This document shows positions 27,335 through 35,990 of a stretch of DNA of 47,149 bases, one piece after another. Position numbers and translations under genes: made by a program. Source of the stretch: an uncultured bacterium (GTDB lineage: Bacteria; Bacillota; Clostridia; TANB77; CAG-508). The DNA is taken from positions 80,427 to 127,575 of the forward strand of contig CAJMLO010000001.1 of assembly GCA_905214245.1 (NCBI GenBank), read 5' to 3'. The notes under the pieces are model-generated. The model was not told the DNA's origin, searched no databases, and worked only from the letters and a program-made list of their open reading frames with translations. Numbering within the stretch: the stretch's first letter is position 1; every line of letters starts with the position of its first letter.

Positions 27335-29281
27335 TTAAACTTCCATAATAATTGGTAGTATCATAGGGTTACGTTTTGTTCTTTGGAATATATAGTCTCT
27401 TAAATTATCTTTTAATGTAGATTTTATTGTAGACCAATCACGTATTCCATTTTCTTCAAACATTCTTACTTCGTCCCTTATTACTCTTTTTACATCTTCC
27501 ATAAGGTTTTCAGATTCTCTAACATATACAAATCCTCTCGAAACTACATCTGGACCTGAAACAATTTCTCCTGTTGAAGAATCCATTGTCATAACTATTA
27601 CAATAAGTCCGTCTTGTGATAAGTGTTGTCTGTCACGAAGTACTATGTTTCCAACATCTCCAACTCCCAAACCATCAACAAGTATTCTTCCTGATGGAAC
27701 AGAAGTTGTAATTTTTGCCTCTTTTTTATTAAGCTCTAATACTCTACCATTATTAAGTAAGAATATATTCTCTGGTGGTATTCCCATTTTCTTTGCTGTT
27801 TCAGCATGTGCTCTTAGTTGTCTATATTCACCATGTACTGGAATAAAGTATTTTGGTCTTGCTAAAGCTAAAATCAATTTTTGTTCTTCTTGGCATGCGT
27901 GACCTGAAACGTGTATATCTTCTAGTGCACTATATACAACCTCTGCACCAATTTCCATTAAGTCGTTTATAACATTTGATACAAGTTTTTCGTTTCCTGG
28001 TATTGGTGTTGCAGAAATAATTACCATATCATTTGGTGTAATTACAACTTTTTTGTGTTCACCTGCTGCCATTCTTGTTAATGCAGACATTGTCTCTCCT
28101 TGACTTCCTGTTGTAATTATAACTAATTGATCATCTTCATAATTTTTTATCATGTCAATGTCGATAAATAAATTTTCAGGAGATTCTATATATCCTAGTT
28201 CTCTTGCTGTTTCAATCATATTTATCATACTTCTACCACATACAGCAATTTTTCTACCATATTTTACAGCTGAATTTACTATTTGTTGCACTCTATGCAC
28301 ATTTGATGCAAATGTTGCAACAACTATTCTTTTTGAATTATTTTGGAACAATCTATCAAAAACTTCTCCAACTGAACTTTCTGACATTGTAAATCCTTTT
28401 CTTTCAGCATTTGTACTATCAGAAAGAAGTGCTAAAATTCCTTTATTTCCAAGTTCTGCTATTCTTCCTAAATCCATTAGTTGATTATCAATTGGTGTAT
28501 AATCTACTTTAAAGTCACCTGTATGAAGCACAGTTCCTGCTGGTGTTGTAATAGCAAGCATTACAGAATCTGGAATACTATGGCTACTTCTTATAAATTC
28601 TACTTTTATGTTTCCAAAATTAACAGTTTGACCTTGTTCAACTGTTACAAGTTTTGTACTTGCTAAAAGCTTATGTTCTTCAAGTTTATTTTTTATTAAT
28701 CCCACTGTCAATTTAGTAGCATAAATAGGAACATTAATTTGTCTTAGTAAATATGGTATTGAACCAATATGATCTTCATGGCCATGTGTTATTACAAGTC
28801 CTTTTATTTTTTCCTTGTTTTTTTCAAGATACGTAATATCTGGAATAACTAAGTCTACTCCAAGCATATCATCTTCTGGAAATTCTAGTCCACAGTCTAC
28901 TAAAACAATTTCATTTCCATATTCAAAAACTGTTATGTTTTTTCCAATTTCATCTAATCCACCAAGTGGTATGATTTTTAAATTTTCTTTCTTAAATTCA
29001 AATTTGGGAGTGTTTGGTTTTCTTGGCATTCTTCTTCTCTCTTCTAAAGAAATATTACCTTTTATCATACCTTTCTCCATTTTTTCTGAAAGTTTTGCAT
29101 CTTTTTCAAAACTTTCAGAAGATTTTTTTGTACTTCTTCTTTTTCTTGTTTCAGTGTTTTGTGTTTTTGTGTTATTTTCTATTTTTGTATTTTTTCTTCT
29201 TGGCATTCTTTGTGCCTTTTGTTCTTTTTTCGGTATGTTTTTTTCTATTGTCTCTTTCATACCTGATGTTTCCTCTTTCAT
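27335..29281 (-). CDS. rnj: Ribonuclease J with an N-terminal extension of about 95 aa rich in Lys/Arg
   Basis: Metallo-beta-lactamase/beta-CASP core (IIPLGGLDEIGKN, ITHGHEDHIG, HVSGHA). The basic N-terminal tail carries the repeated motif RMPR(R/K)(K/P)NT. Confidence 0.92.
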   Translation of the reverse strand: MKEETSGMKETIEKNIPKKEQKAQRMPRRKNTKIENNTKTQNTETRKRRSTKKSSESFEKDAKLSEKMEKGMIKGNISLEERRRMPRKPNTPKFEFKKENLKIIPLGGLDEIGKNITVFEYGNEIVLVDCGLEFPEDDMLGVDLVIPDITYLEKNKEKIKGLVITHGHEDHIGSIPYLLRQINVPIYATKLTVGLIKNKLEEHKLLASTKLVTVEQGQTVNFGNIKVEFIRSSHSIPDSVMLAITTPAGTVLHTGDFKVDYTPIDNQLMDLGRIAELGNKGILALLSDSTNAERKGFTMSESSVGEVFDRLFQNNSKRIVVATFASNVHRVQQIVNSAVKYGRKIAVCGRSMINMIETARELGYIESPENLFIDIDMIKNYEDDQLVIITTGSQGETMSALTRMAAGEHKKVVITPNDMVIISATPIPGNEKLVSNVINDLMEIGAEVVYSALEDIHVSGHACQEEQKLILALARPKYFIPVHGEYRQLRAHAETAKKMGIPPENIFLLNNGRVLELNKKEAKITTSVPSGRILVDGLGVGDVGNIVLRDRQHLSQDGLIVIVMTMDSSTGEIVSGPDVVSRGFVYVRESENLMEDVKRVIRDEVRMFEENGIRDWSTIKSTLKDNLRDYIFQRTKRNPMILPIIMEV

Positions 29282-29350
29282 TATATCATTCCTTTCTTTT
29301 TGTAATTATTTATATATGTTTCAAAGGAAAATTTTACCTTTTCAAAATCG

Positions 29351-29383
29351 AAAAAAAGTAGTTTATCATAAACTACTTTTTTA
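29351..29383 (-). terminator. Strong intrinsic terminator 70 nt upstream of the rnj start and about 230 nt downstream of pilC
   Basis: Perfect 14-bp palindrome AAAAAAGTAGTTTA-TCA-TAAACTACTTTTTT with flanking A/T runs. Confidence 0.8.
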
Positions 29384-29564
29384 GGTTATATATCTTAAAA
29401 TACTATATAATGTTTTTAATTTTTCCGCACAAAATAAACATTGTTATCATATTAACAACTAATCAAAAATTTCTATTAAAAATATATAATCCGCTCTTCG
29501 TTTACAATTTAATTTTATCACATATAAATCTCATCTTTACCTATTTTGGTAACATCTGTTATAG

Positions 29565-29593
29565 ATTATACTATTTTTTTTATAATTTGTCAA
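29565..29593 (-). promoter_or_regulatory. Consensus sigma-A promoter (TTGACA-17-TATAAT) just downstream of pilC, reading toward rnj
   Basis: On the minus strand, TTGACA lies at 29593-29588 and TATAAT at 29570-29565, exactly 17 nt apart. Confidence 0.6.
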
Positions 29594-29614
29594 CTTAGTT
29601 GTTTTATGTTAATT

Positions 29615-30979
29615 TTATTTGAATTCTGGTGGTAAGTCAACTGAGTCGAATAACCAATCACCCATATATAGTTGTATACATGGTACAATGATTACAATTA
29701 CAAGGAATATTAATGCTGCACCAACAATTGCATATACAATTTGTGGTAACACGCTCATTACTTTTTGCATCTTGTTATTTATGTCTATTTCCATATACTC
29801 AACTAATTTTTCCATCATTCCTGATAAATCTGTTTGCATACCTATTTTCAACATCTCTGTTTCCATTGATGATGAAAGACCAGATTTTTCAAATGGTTCA
29901 ATCCATGAACCACCAATTAATATGTTGTTAATTGCTGTTTCAATAATAGAAAGCATAACATAATTTTTTACTACCGATTTACTAACTTCCAATGCTTCTT
30001 GAATTCTCATTCCATTTTCTAGGTTTAAAAGCATTGCTTTCATTAGTCTTTCAAAATCCATTGCATATATTAAGCTTCCAAATACAGGCATTTTATATTT
30101 AAAATAATGAAAGTTATATCTTCCCTTTGGAGTATTTATATATGCAATTATAACTGCTACTATTGCCCCAATTATTGCAGTTGGAATTGGCCAATACTGT
30201 GCAATTTTATTACAAAAATCAACAAACCAAAGTGTTATTGCTGGAAGCTGAGTTGTTGCGCCCGCTGCTGCAAATGATTCTTGTATTAATGGTATGATAT
30301 AGGCTACACCAAAGATTAATAATCCAACCAAAAGCACTAATTGAATTGCATTTGGTACAATAATTTTTCTAAGTTTTGCACTGGTATCTGTAGATGATTC
30401 CATATATTTTACAGCTTGCTCTAGGGATTGTGTTAGGTTTCCTGAAAGTTCTCCAACTTTTATCATATTTGTATAGATATATGGGAATACATTAGAATAA
30501 TATTCCATTGTAGTGTACATATATTCACCTGATTCAACACCTGCAAGTATATCTTCAAGCACACCTCTTAAAGACATGTTTTCTGTACTTTCTATTATAG
30601 TACTTAATGCGTGAATATTGTTGAAGTTAGCTTTTTTTAGCAAGTAAAAGTTCTGTGTAAAAATTATTATATCTCTTGGAGTTATTTTTTCTTCTCTTGA
30701 TAAGGCAAGATTAATTCTTTCTTTTAATTTTGGCTTTGTACTAATTCTTCCCTGCAAGATGTTAGCTGAATCCGCCTGTTTCATGATGTCATCAATATCC
30801 ATCATGTTTCTTTTATTTGCCTTTTTCCTTTTACTATTATATCCGACTTGTGTAATACTAATTGGTAACAAATTATTATTTTTTAACTTTTTTATTAGAG
30901 TATTTCTATTTACATCTTCCACTCTATTACGAACAATTTGTCCCTTTTCAGTTACAGCCCTATATATATACTCTGGCAT
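29615..30979 (-). CDS. pilC: Type IV pilus platform protein PilC (GspF family)
   Basis: Polytopic protein, 454 aa, with duplicated GspF-type cytoplasmic domains. It follows pilB-pilT. AAAGGAG SD. Confidence 0.85.
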   Translation of the reverse strand: MPEYIYRAVTEKGQIVRNRVEDVNRNTLIKKLKNNNLLPISITQVGYNSKRKKANKRNMMDIDDIMKQADSANILQGRISTKPKLKERINLALSREEKITPRDIIIFTQNFYLLKKANFNNIHALSTIIESTENMSLRGVLEDILAGVESGEYMYTTMEYYSNVFPYIYTNMIKVGELSGNLTQSLEQAVKYMESSTDTSAKLRKIIVPNAIQLVLLVGLLIFGVAYIIPLIQESFAAAGATTQLPAITLWFVDFCNKIAQYWPIPTAIIGAIVAVIIAYINTPKGRYNFHYFKYKMPVFGSLIYAMDFERLMKAMLLNLENGMRIQEALEVSKSVVKNYVMLSIIETAINNILIGGSWIEPFEKSGLSSSMETEMLKIGMQTDLSGMMEKLVEYMEIDINNKMQKVMSVLPQIVYAIVGAALIFLVIVIIVPCIQLYMGDWLFDSVDLPPEFK

Positions 30980-31007
30980 TTTCTTCTCCTTTCATTATTT
31001 ATATCTT

Positions 31008-32126
31008 TTATTGTTCTATTCTGTTTTGTCTTTCTTTTTTTATTTTTAATTGCATAATTGTTCTGTTTAAAATTTCAATATTTTTCTCTTCTATTTGTGC
31101 TTTAGCTTGCTCTAATGTTATTACATCATCAACAAACAATTCTGCAATTGAATTTATAAGTCCTATACTTCCTTTTTCACTATTACTTTGTATAGCATCT
31201 TCTATTTCAGAAACACTTATTTTTTCTTTTCTTATTATACCCGAAATAATGTTATCTACAACCATAACTTCAGGAACTAAAACTAATTTTCCTTTTCTAG
31301 ATTTTAACAATCTTTGTGAAATAACAAGTTTTAGTAATGAAGAAATCATGTATTTAACAGTTTGTTGATCTCTTATTTCATAGAAGTTTACCATTCTGTC
31401 TATTGTTTCAGCACATGATTTTGTATGCAATGTTCCAATTACCAAGTGTCCAGATTCTGCTGTTTCTATTGCTGCTTCCATTGTTTCTTTATCTCTTATC
31501 TCACCGATAACAAGAATATCACAGTCCTCTCTTAAAGAGTTCTTTACACCATCACTAAATGTTAAACAATCACGTCCAAGTCCAATTTCTTTTTGTACAA
31601 TTACAGATTTTTTTGATTTATGTTTAAACTCAACTGGGTTTTCCAATGTTAAAATCTTTTTATTTTGAGTTTCATTTATTTCATTAATCAAAGCATTTAG
31701 AGTTGTTGTTTTACCAGAGTTTGTTTTACCAGTTACAAGTATAAGTCCTTGTGGTTGGTATGTCATTCTTCTTACTATGTCTGGTACTCCTAGGTCTTCG
31801 TATTTTGGAAGTTGATTTTTTATAAGTCTTAAAGTAAATATTGGAATTTCATCAGAGTATGATATATTTACTCTTAAACGTATATCTTCAAATTCGTAAG
31901 AACAGTCTAATTTTCTTGTTTCCTTAAATACTTTATCTTTATACAAATTTCCACGAACAAAGTAATCATATGCATCATTCATATCATCTGGTGTTAGTTC
32001 TTCCATTTCTTCAATATGCACAAGTTCTCTCATTATTCTTAGTATTGGTTTCATTCCACATATTAAATGCACATCAGATGCATCTTTTTCTTTGGCTATA
32101 GTTAATATTGAATCAATATCTATCAT
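31008..32126 (-). CDS. pilT: Type IV pilus retraction ATPase PilT
   Basis: Walker A GKTNSGKTTT, Asp box, His box LVIGTLHTKS. 372 aa, no N-terminal GspE-N domain. Confidence 0.88.
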   Translation of the reverse strand: MIDIDSILTIAKEKDASDVHLICGMKPILRIMRELVHIEEMEELTPDDMNDAYDYFVRGNLYKDKVFKETRKLDCSYEFEDIRLRVNISYSDEIPIFTLRLIKNQLPKYEDLGVPDIVRRMTYQPQGLILVTGKTNSGKTTTLNALINEINETQNKKILTLENPVEFKHKSKKSVIVQKEIGLGRDCLTFSDGVKNSLREDCDILVIGEIRDKETMEAAIETAESGHLVIGTLHTKSCAETIDRMVNFYEIRDQQTVKYMISSLLKLVISQRLLKSRKGKLVLVPEVMVVDNIISGIIRKEKISVSEIEDAIQSNSEKGSIGLINSIAELFVDDVITLEQAKAQIEEKNIEILNRTIMQLKIKKERQNRIEQ

Positions 32127-32152
32127 TTGTTTTCCTCCTCTATTTTTATTTA

Positions 32153-33778
32153 TTAATAAAGCGCTAATTTATTATTTAATTCATCCAAGTTTGTTATCCC
32201 ATTTAGAACTTTATTTAATCCGTCTATAACAAGTGGTAAATATCCTTCTTCCACAGCTGCTTCTTTTATTTCAAGCACAGATGCATTATTTGAAATTAGT
32301 GTTCTAATTTTATCATTTAAAATTAATACTTCAAAAATACCAATTCTATCATAGTACCCACTATTATGGCATTTTTTACATCCTACAGCATCATATGTTT
32401 TTTTACCTTCAAAATCAAAAGTAACTCCTGATTTTTCGCCTATTTCTCTGATTATTTCTTTTTCCTCTACTGTAAAATCTCTTTCTTTTCTACAATTTGG
32501 GCAAAGTTTTCTTACAAGTCTTTGAGATACTGATGTTGCTAAAGTACTTGCAATATCATAATTTGAAATACCCATTTTTCTTAATCTTGTAACAACCTCT
32601 ATACTGTTGATTGTATGGATTGTAGAAAGAACATAATGTCCAGTTTGTCCAGCTTGCATTGCAATTTCTGCTGTTTCCTTATCTCTTATTTCTCCAACAA
32701 GAATAATATCTGGATCTTGTCTAAGAACTGTTCTTAATGCTCCAGCGAATGTTGTTTTATTATCTATTTCTATTTGGTTTAATCCATCGATACGAATTTC
32801 AACTGGGTCTTCAATTGTTGTAATATTTATTTCTGGTCTATTTAAATAATCTATAATACTGTATAATGTTGTTGTTTTACCTTCTCCAGTTGGAGCTGCG
32901 ATAACAGTAATACTATTTTTCTTGTTAAATGCGTCTTTTAATAGTTTTTCATCTCTTGGAAATCCAAGTGCAAATATTTCTTTTACATCTTCGTTTTTCT
33001 TTAATAATCTTAAAACAAATTTTTCTCCATAAATATTCTTTTGTGAAGAAACACGAATATTGTAATCAGGATACATTATAATTCTACCATCTTGTGATTC
33101 TTGTTTTTCCTGATGCATATTAGATATAGCTTTTAATCTTCCTATTATTTGACTTTGCTTTTCATTGTCTACAACAGTGGCTGTTATTAATTGTCCATCT
33201 ATTCTATATCTAATTCTAAGAGATTTTTGAAGTGGCTCTATATGAATATCGCTCGCTCTTTTCTCCATGGCAGATTTTATAACACTATCTATAAAGCCTG
33301 ATACATCTGCATTTACATCAATGCTTTCAGAATTGCCTTCTAGTGAAGATAAAATTTCCTCTATATTTGTTTCGAAAGTTATATATTTATCCATAATAAG
33401 ACCTTTATTAAGTAGTAAAAGTCTTATAGTTTCTACAGTTTTTCTATTTGAAGTATCAGCAAAACAAACCTTTATCTTTCCTCCGCCTACTTCAAAAGGT
33501 ATAGCTTTAGATGCTTTTGCTAAATCCATAGAAATATAGTCTAACATATTAACCTTTATATCAGCTTCACGAAGGTAAATTGCTTTTTCTTCAAGTATTT
33601 CTCCCATTGCATCTATAAGCACATATGGATCACATACTTTTAGAATATTTAATATATCGCCAATTTTCTTTCCTGGTTGTGTTTTTTGATAATCTAAAGC
33701 TCTTGCAATGTCTTCTTCTGTTACAATTCCTCTTTTTACAAGTTCAATTCCAAGTGGTTGTCTTTTTTTATCGCTCAT
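32153..33778 (-). CDS. pilB: Type IV pilus assembly ATPase PilB (GspE family) with an MshEN-like N-terminus
   Basis: Walker A APTGEGKTTT. Tetracysteine motif CPNC...CKKC. N-terminal LGIELVKRGIVTEEDIARALDYQ. Start moved to MSDKKRQ (33778), with an AAGGAG SD. Confidence 0.9.
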   Translation of the reverse strand: MSDKKRQPLGIELVKRGIVTEEDIARALDYQKTQPGKKIGDILNILKVCDPYVLIDAMGEILEEKAIYLREADIKVNMLDYISMDLAKASKAIPFEVGGGKIKVCFADTSNRKTVETIRLLLLNKGLIMDKYITFETNIEEILSSLEGNSESIDVNADVSGFIDSVIKSAMEKRASDIHIEPLQKSLRIRYRIDGQLITATVVDNEKQSQIIGRLKAISNMHQEKQESQDGRIIMYPDYNIRVSSQKNIYGEKFVLRLLKKNEDVKEIFALGFPRDEKLLKDAFNKKNSITVIAAPTGEGKTTTLYSIIDYLNRPEINITTIEDPVEIRIDGLNQIEIDNKTTFAGALRTVLRQDPDIILVGEIRDKETAEIAMQAGQTGHYVLSTIHTINSIEVVTRLRKMGISNYDIASTLATSVSQRLVRKLCPNCRKERDFTVEEKEIIREIGEKSGVTFDFEGKKTYDAVGCKKCHNSGYYDRIGIFEVLILNDKIRTLISNNASVLEIKEAAVEEGYLPLVIDGLNKVLNGITNLDELNNKLALY

Positions 33779-33865
33779 AGTATTTCTCCTTTCTTTTGTT
33801 AACCATAATATCATTATACTATATTACATCTTTTTTAAATAGTATTTTCTTCATTTTACATATAA

Positions 33866-34303
33866 TTACCAGTATTTAAGTACAAAGTCTACACTTCTTT
33901 GAATATTCGATTTACCATTTCCAAGTGTAACATCAACTCGTACTATTTTCTTAGTAAATCCATTTTTAGTATAGTCTGATACATTAAATTTCATTGCCTG
34001 AACATTTTTAGCAACTTCTGTACCATTTCTATATATTTTTTTGTTTTTGTACTCATACTTAGTTCCATCATCAAATTCAATACTTGTATCAGTATTTGAT
34101 TTTGTTGTTGAATTTTTCTTAACATCTGCTACAAAAAACATCGAAAACTTATTAAATTCTGTAACATATTTTGGAGCACTTTCAACTTTAGCAACATTTT
34201 TGTAAAAATGTGCTGATATTGCAGTAACCATACTAAGAATTATCATAAAAACACTTATATATGCTACTAATGCAGTTAAAGTTACACCTTTTTCAGTTTT
34301 CAT
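33866..34303 (-). CDS. Minor pilin (class III signal peptide MKTEKG|VTLTAL)
   Basis: Short basic leader ending in Gly, followed by a hydrophobic helix. Lies within the pilus operon. Confidence 0.7.
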   Translation of the reverse strand: MKTEKGVTLTALVAYISVFMIILSMVTAISAHFYKNVAKVESAPKYVTEFNKFSMFFVADVKKNSTTKSNTDTSIEFDDGTKYEYKNKKIYRNGTEVAKNVQAMKFNVSDYTKNGFTKKIVRVDVTLGNGKSNIQRSVDFVLKYW

Positions 34304-34322
34304 ATCTTTATCCTTCCCAAAA

Positions 34323-34730
34323 TTAAAGCTCTTTTACCTTAATTTTATTTACAACCAAGCTTTCAGTATTATTATCGAGTTTATATGTTATTGTAAGTTT
34401 AAAGTTTTTTATTAAATCTTCCTTATTTGTACCCTCATTATAATTCGTAACTTCTATTTTTAAGTCATAACTATTAGAAATTGAAAATATATCTCTATAG
34501 TGACTTTCCATTCCATTTACAACTTCATCATAGGTTATTTTATCAATATCTTCTAATATTTCAATTGCATAAAAATTAGCCTGTCCTGCTATTTTAGTTT
34601 GCAGCTCTGTTCTAAATGCTGTATACATAAGTGTACCTATTAAGCTTGCAAACATTGTAAATATAATTATAGCTGCTGCTAAATCTGTCATAGTAAATCC
34701 AGATTCAGATTTCACATTTATATCTTTCAT
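34323..34730 (-). CDS. Minor pilin (leader ...SESG|FTMTDLAAAII; Phe1, Asp5)
   Basis: Prepilin-like G|F junction and hydrophobic helix. Lies within the pilus operon. Confidence 0.7.
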   Translation of the reverse strand: MKDINVKSESGFTMTDLAAAIIIFTMFASLIGTLMYTAFRTELQTKIAGQANFYAIEILEDIDKITYDEVVNGMESHYRDIFSISNSYDLKIEVTNYNEGTNKEDLIKNFKLTITYKLDNNTESLVVNKIKVKEL

Positions 34731-34748
34731 TCTATACCTCTTTTCCTA

Positions 34749-35573
34749 TTAATTGTAAAAAATAAATATATTACTTACAATTAATGTAATTATGTTAGCA
34801 GTACATAGATCAAATCCAATTGGTAATTTTGTATATTCTTTTACTTCTGTTTTTACGCATTTGCTTTTTTTAGCAAGTATGTTTTTAATTATTAATTGTA
34901 ATGAAATTGCGATTAATGTAATTATAACACTGAAAATGCATACAAATTCATATGTAAAACTTAGCATAAATGTTAGTAATAAAAGTATGTCTATTGTATA
35001 ATTTCCTTTTGCGTTTTTTCTTAGAATAAATGTATTTATTATTGTTAAAATTCCAAATACAATTAAATATATAACATATCTATATACATTAGTATTAATT
35101 TCTACTATATATAGATAAATCATATAAATAGTAACACAAATAAAGCCAAACAAAAGTACTGGCTTTTCAATTTTTACATTTTCTTTATCTATTCCAGCTA
35201 TTATAAATAATGTAGCAATGTATAATAATCCTGTAATAAAATATGCAATTAATTGTTTATCTAAAAATATAATATCAAATATACTTAGTTTTACTGAAAT
35301 TGCAAATAAAACAAATACAATACCTGACATTACTTCAAGCATAAGATATCTTGGTCTAATCTTTTGACCACAATATCTGCATTTGCCTCCTAAAAAGACA
35401 TAACTTAAAATTGGAATCATATCCCAAAAAGAAAGTTTATGATTACACTTTGGACAATATGAACGTGTATGTGTTATATCTTGTCTAAGTGGAATTCTAT
35501 AAACAGCAAGCGTAAAAAAACTACCAAAAACAGTTCCGATACAAAAAATTAGTAAATATAATATATAGTCCAT
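34749..35573 (-). CDS. pilD: Prepilin peptidase PilD (A24 family)
   Basis: N-terminal CPKC...CRYC zinc motif. Polytopic. First catalytic Asp context IIAGID. Second Asp region is degenerate (KGNYTID instead of GxGD). Confidence 0.85.
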   Translation of the reverse strand: MDYILYLLIFCIGTVFGSFFTLAVYRIPLRQDITHTRSYCPKCNHKLSFWDMIPILSYVFLGGKCRYCGQKIRPRYLMLEVMSGIVFVLFAISVKLSIFDIIFLDKQLIAYFITGLLYIATLFIIAGIDKENVKIEKPVLLFGFICVTIYMIYLYIVEINTNVYRYVIYLIVFGILTIINTFILRKNAKGNYTIDILLLLTFMLSFTYEFVCIFSVIITLIAISLQLIIKNILAKKSKCVKTEVKEYTKLPIGFDLCTANIITLIVSNIFIFYN

Positions 35574-35600
35574 ATTTCCTCCATTATATAATTTAATAAA

Positions 35601-35650
35601 AGAGGTTACCTAAATATAATTATCATAAAATGATACCATATAGATAACCT
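35601..35650 (-). terminator. Imperfect long hairpin plus U-run between pilA and pilD (likely partial terminator or attenuator)
   Basis: GAGGTTA.../...TAACCTC outer stem with a TATCAT/ATGATA inner stem, followed on the minus strand by TTTTATT. Confidence 0.5.
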
Positions 35651-35701
35651 CATATTTAGTTTAAATTAATTTTAAACCGTTTAAAATAATTTTAATTGAC
35701 T

Positions 35702-35932
35702 TTATTTTGTTGTTTTAGCTTCATTTAAATATCCATCAATATATGTTACTGTGTTAGCTGTGAATTTGTTGAATTCATCGCCTTGTCCTTCATAGTATGT
35801 TTTAGCATCTTGTGCTTTACCAATTATTCCTCCGTTGATAGCAACTGAGATACTAATTGTAGCAAGAATAATTAAAACTACTATTGTAACAACTAAAGCT
35901 ACTAAAGTAATACCTTTTTGATTCTTTAACAT
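35702..35932 (-). CDS. pilA: Major type IV pilin, unusually short (76-aa precursor, 69-aa mature) and lacking Phe1/Glu5
   Basis: MLKNQKG|ITLVALVVTIVVLIILATISI. AAGGAGG SD. A hairpin follows the gene. No cysteines. Confidence 0.8.
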   Translation of the reverse strand: MLKNQKGITLVALVVTIVVLIILATISISVAINGGIIGKAQDAKTYYEGQGDEFNKFTANTVTYIDGYLNEAKTTK

Positions 35933-35990
35933 AAAAAATTCCTCCTTTTAAATATTTTGTATATATTTAAGTTAATAAATATAACCTATG

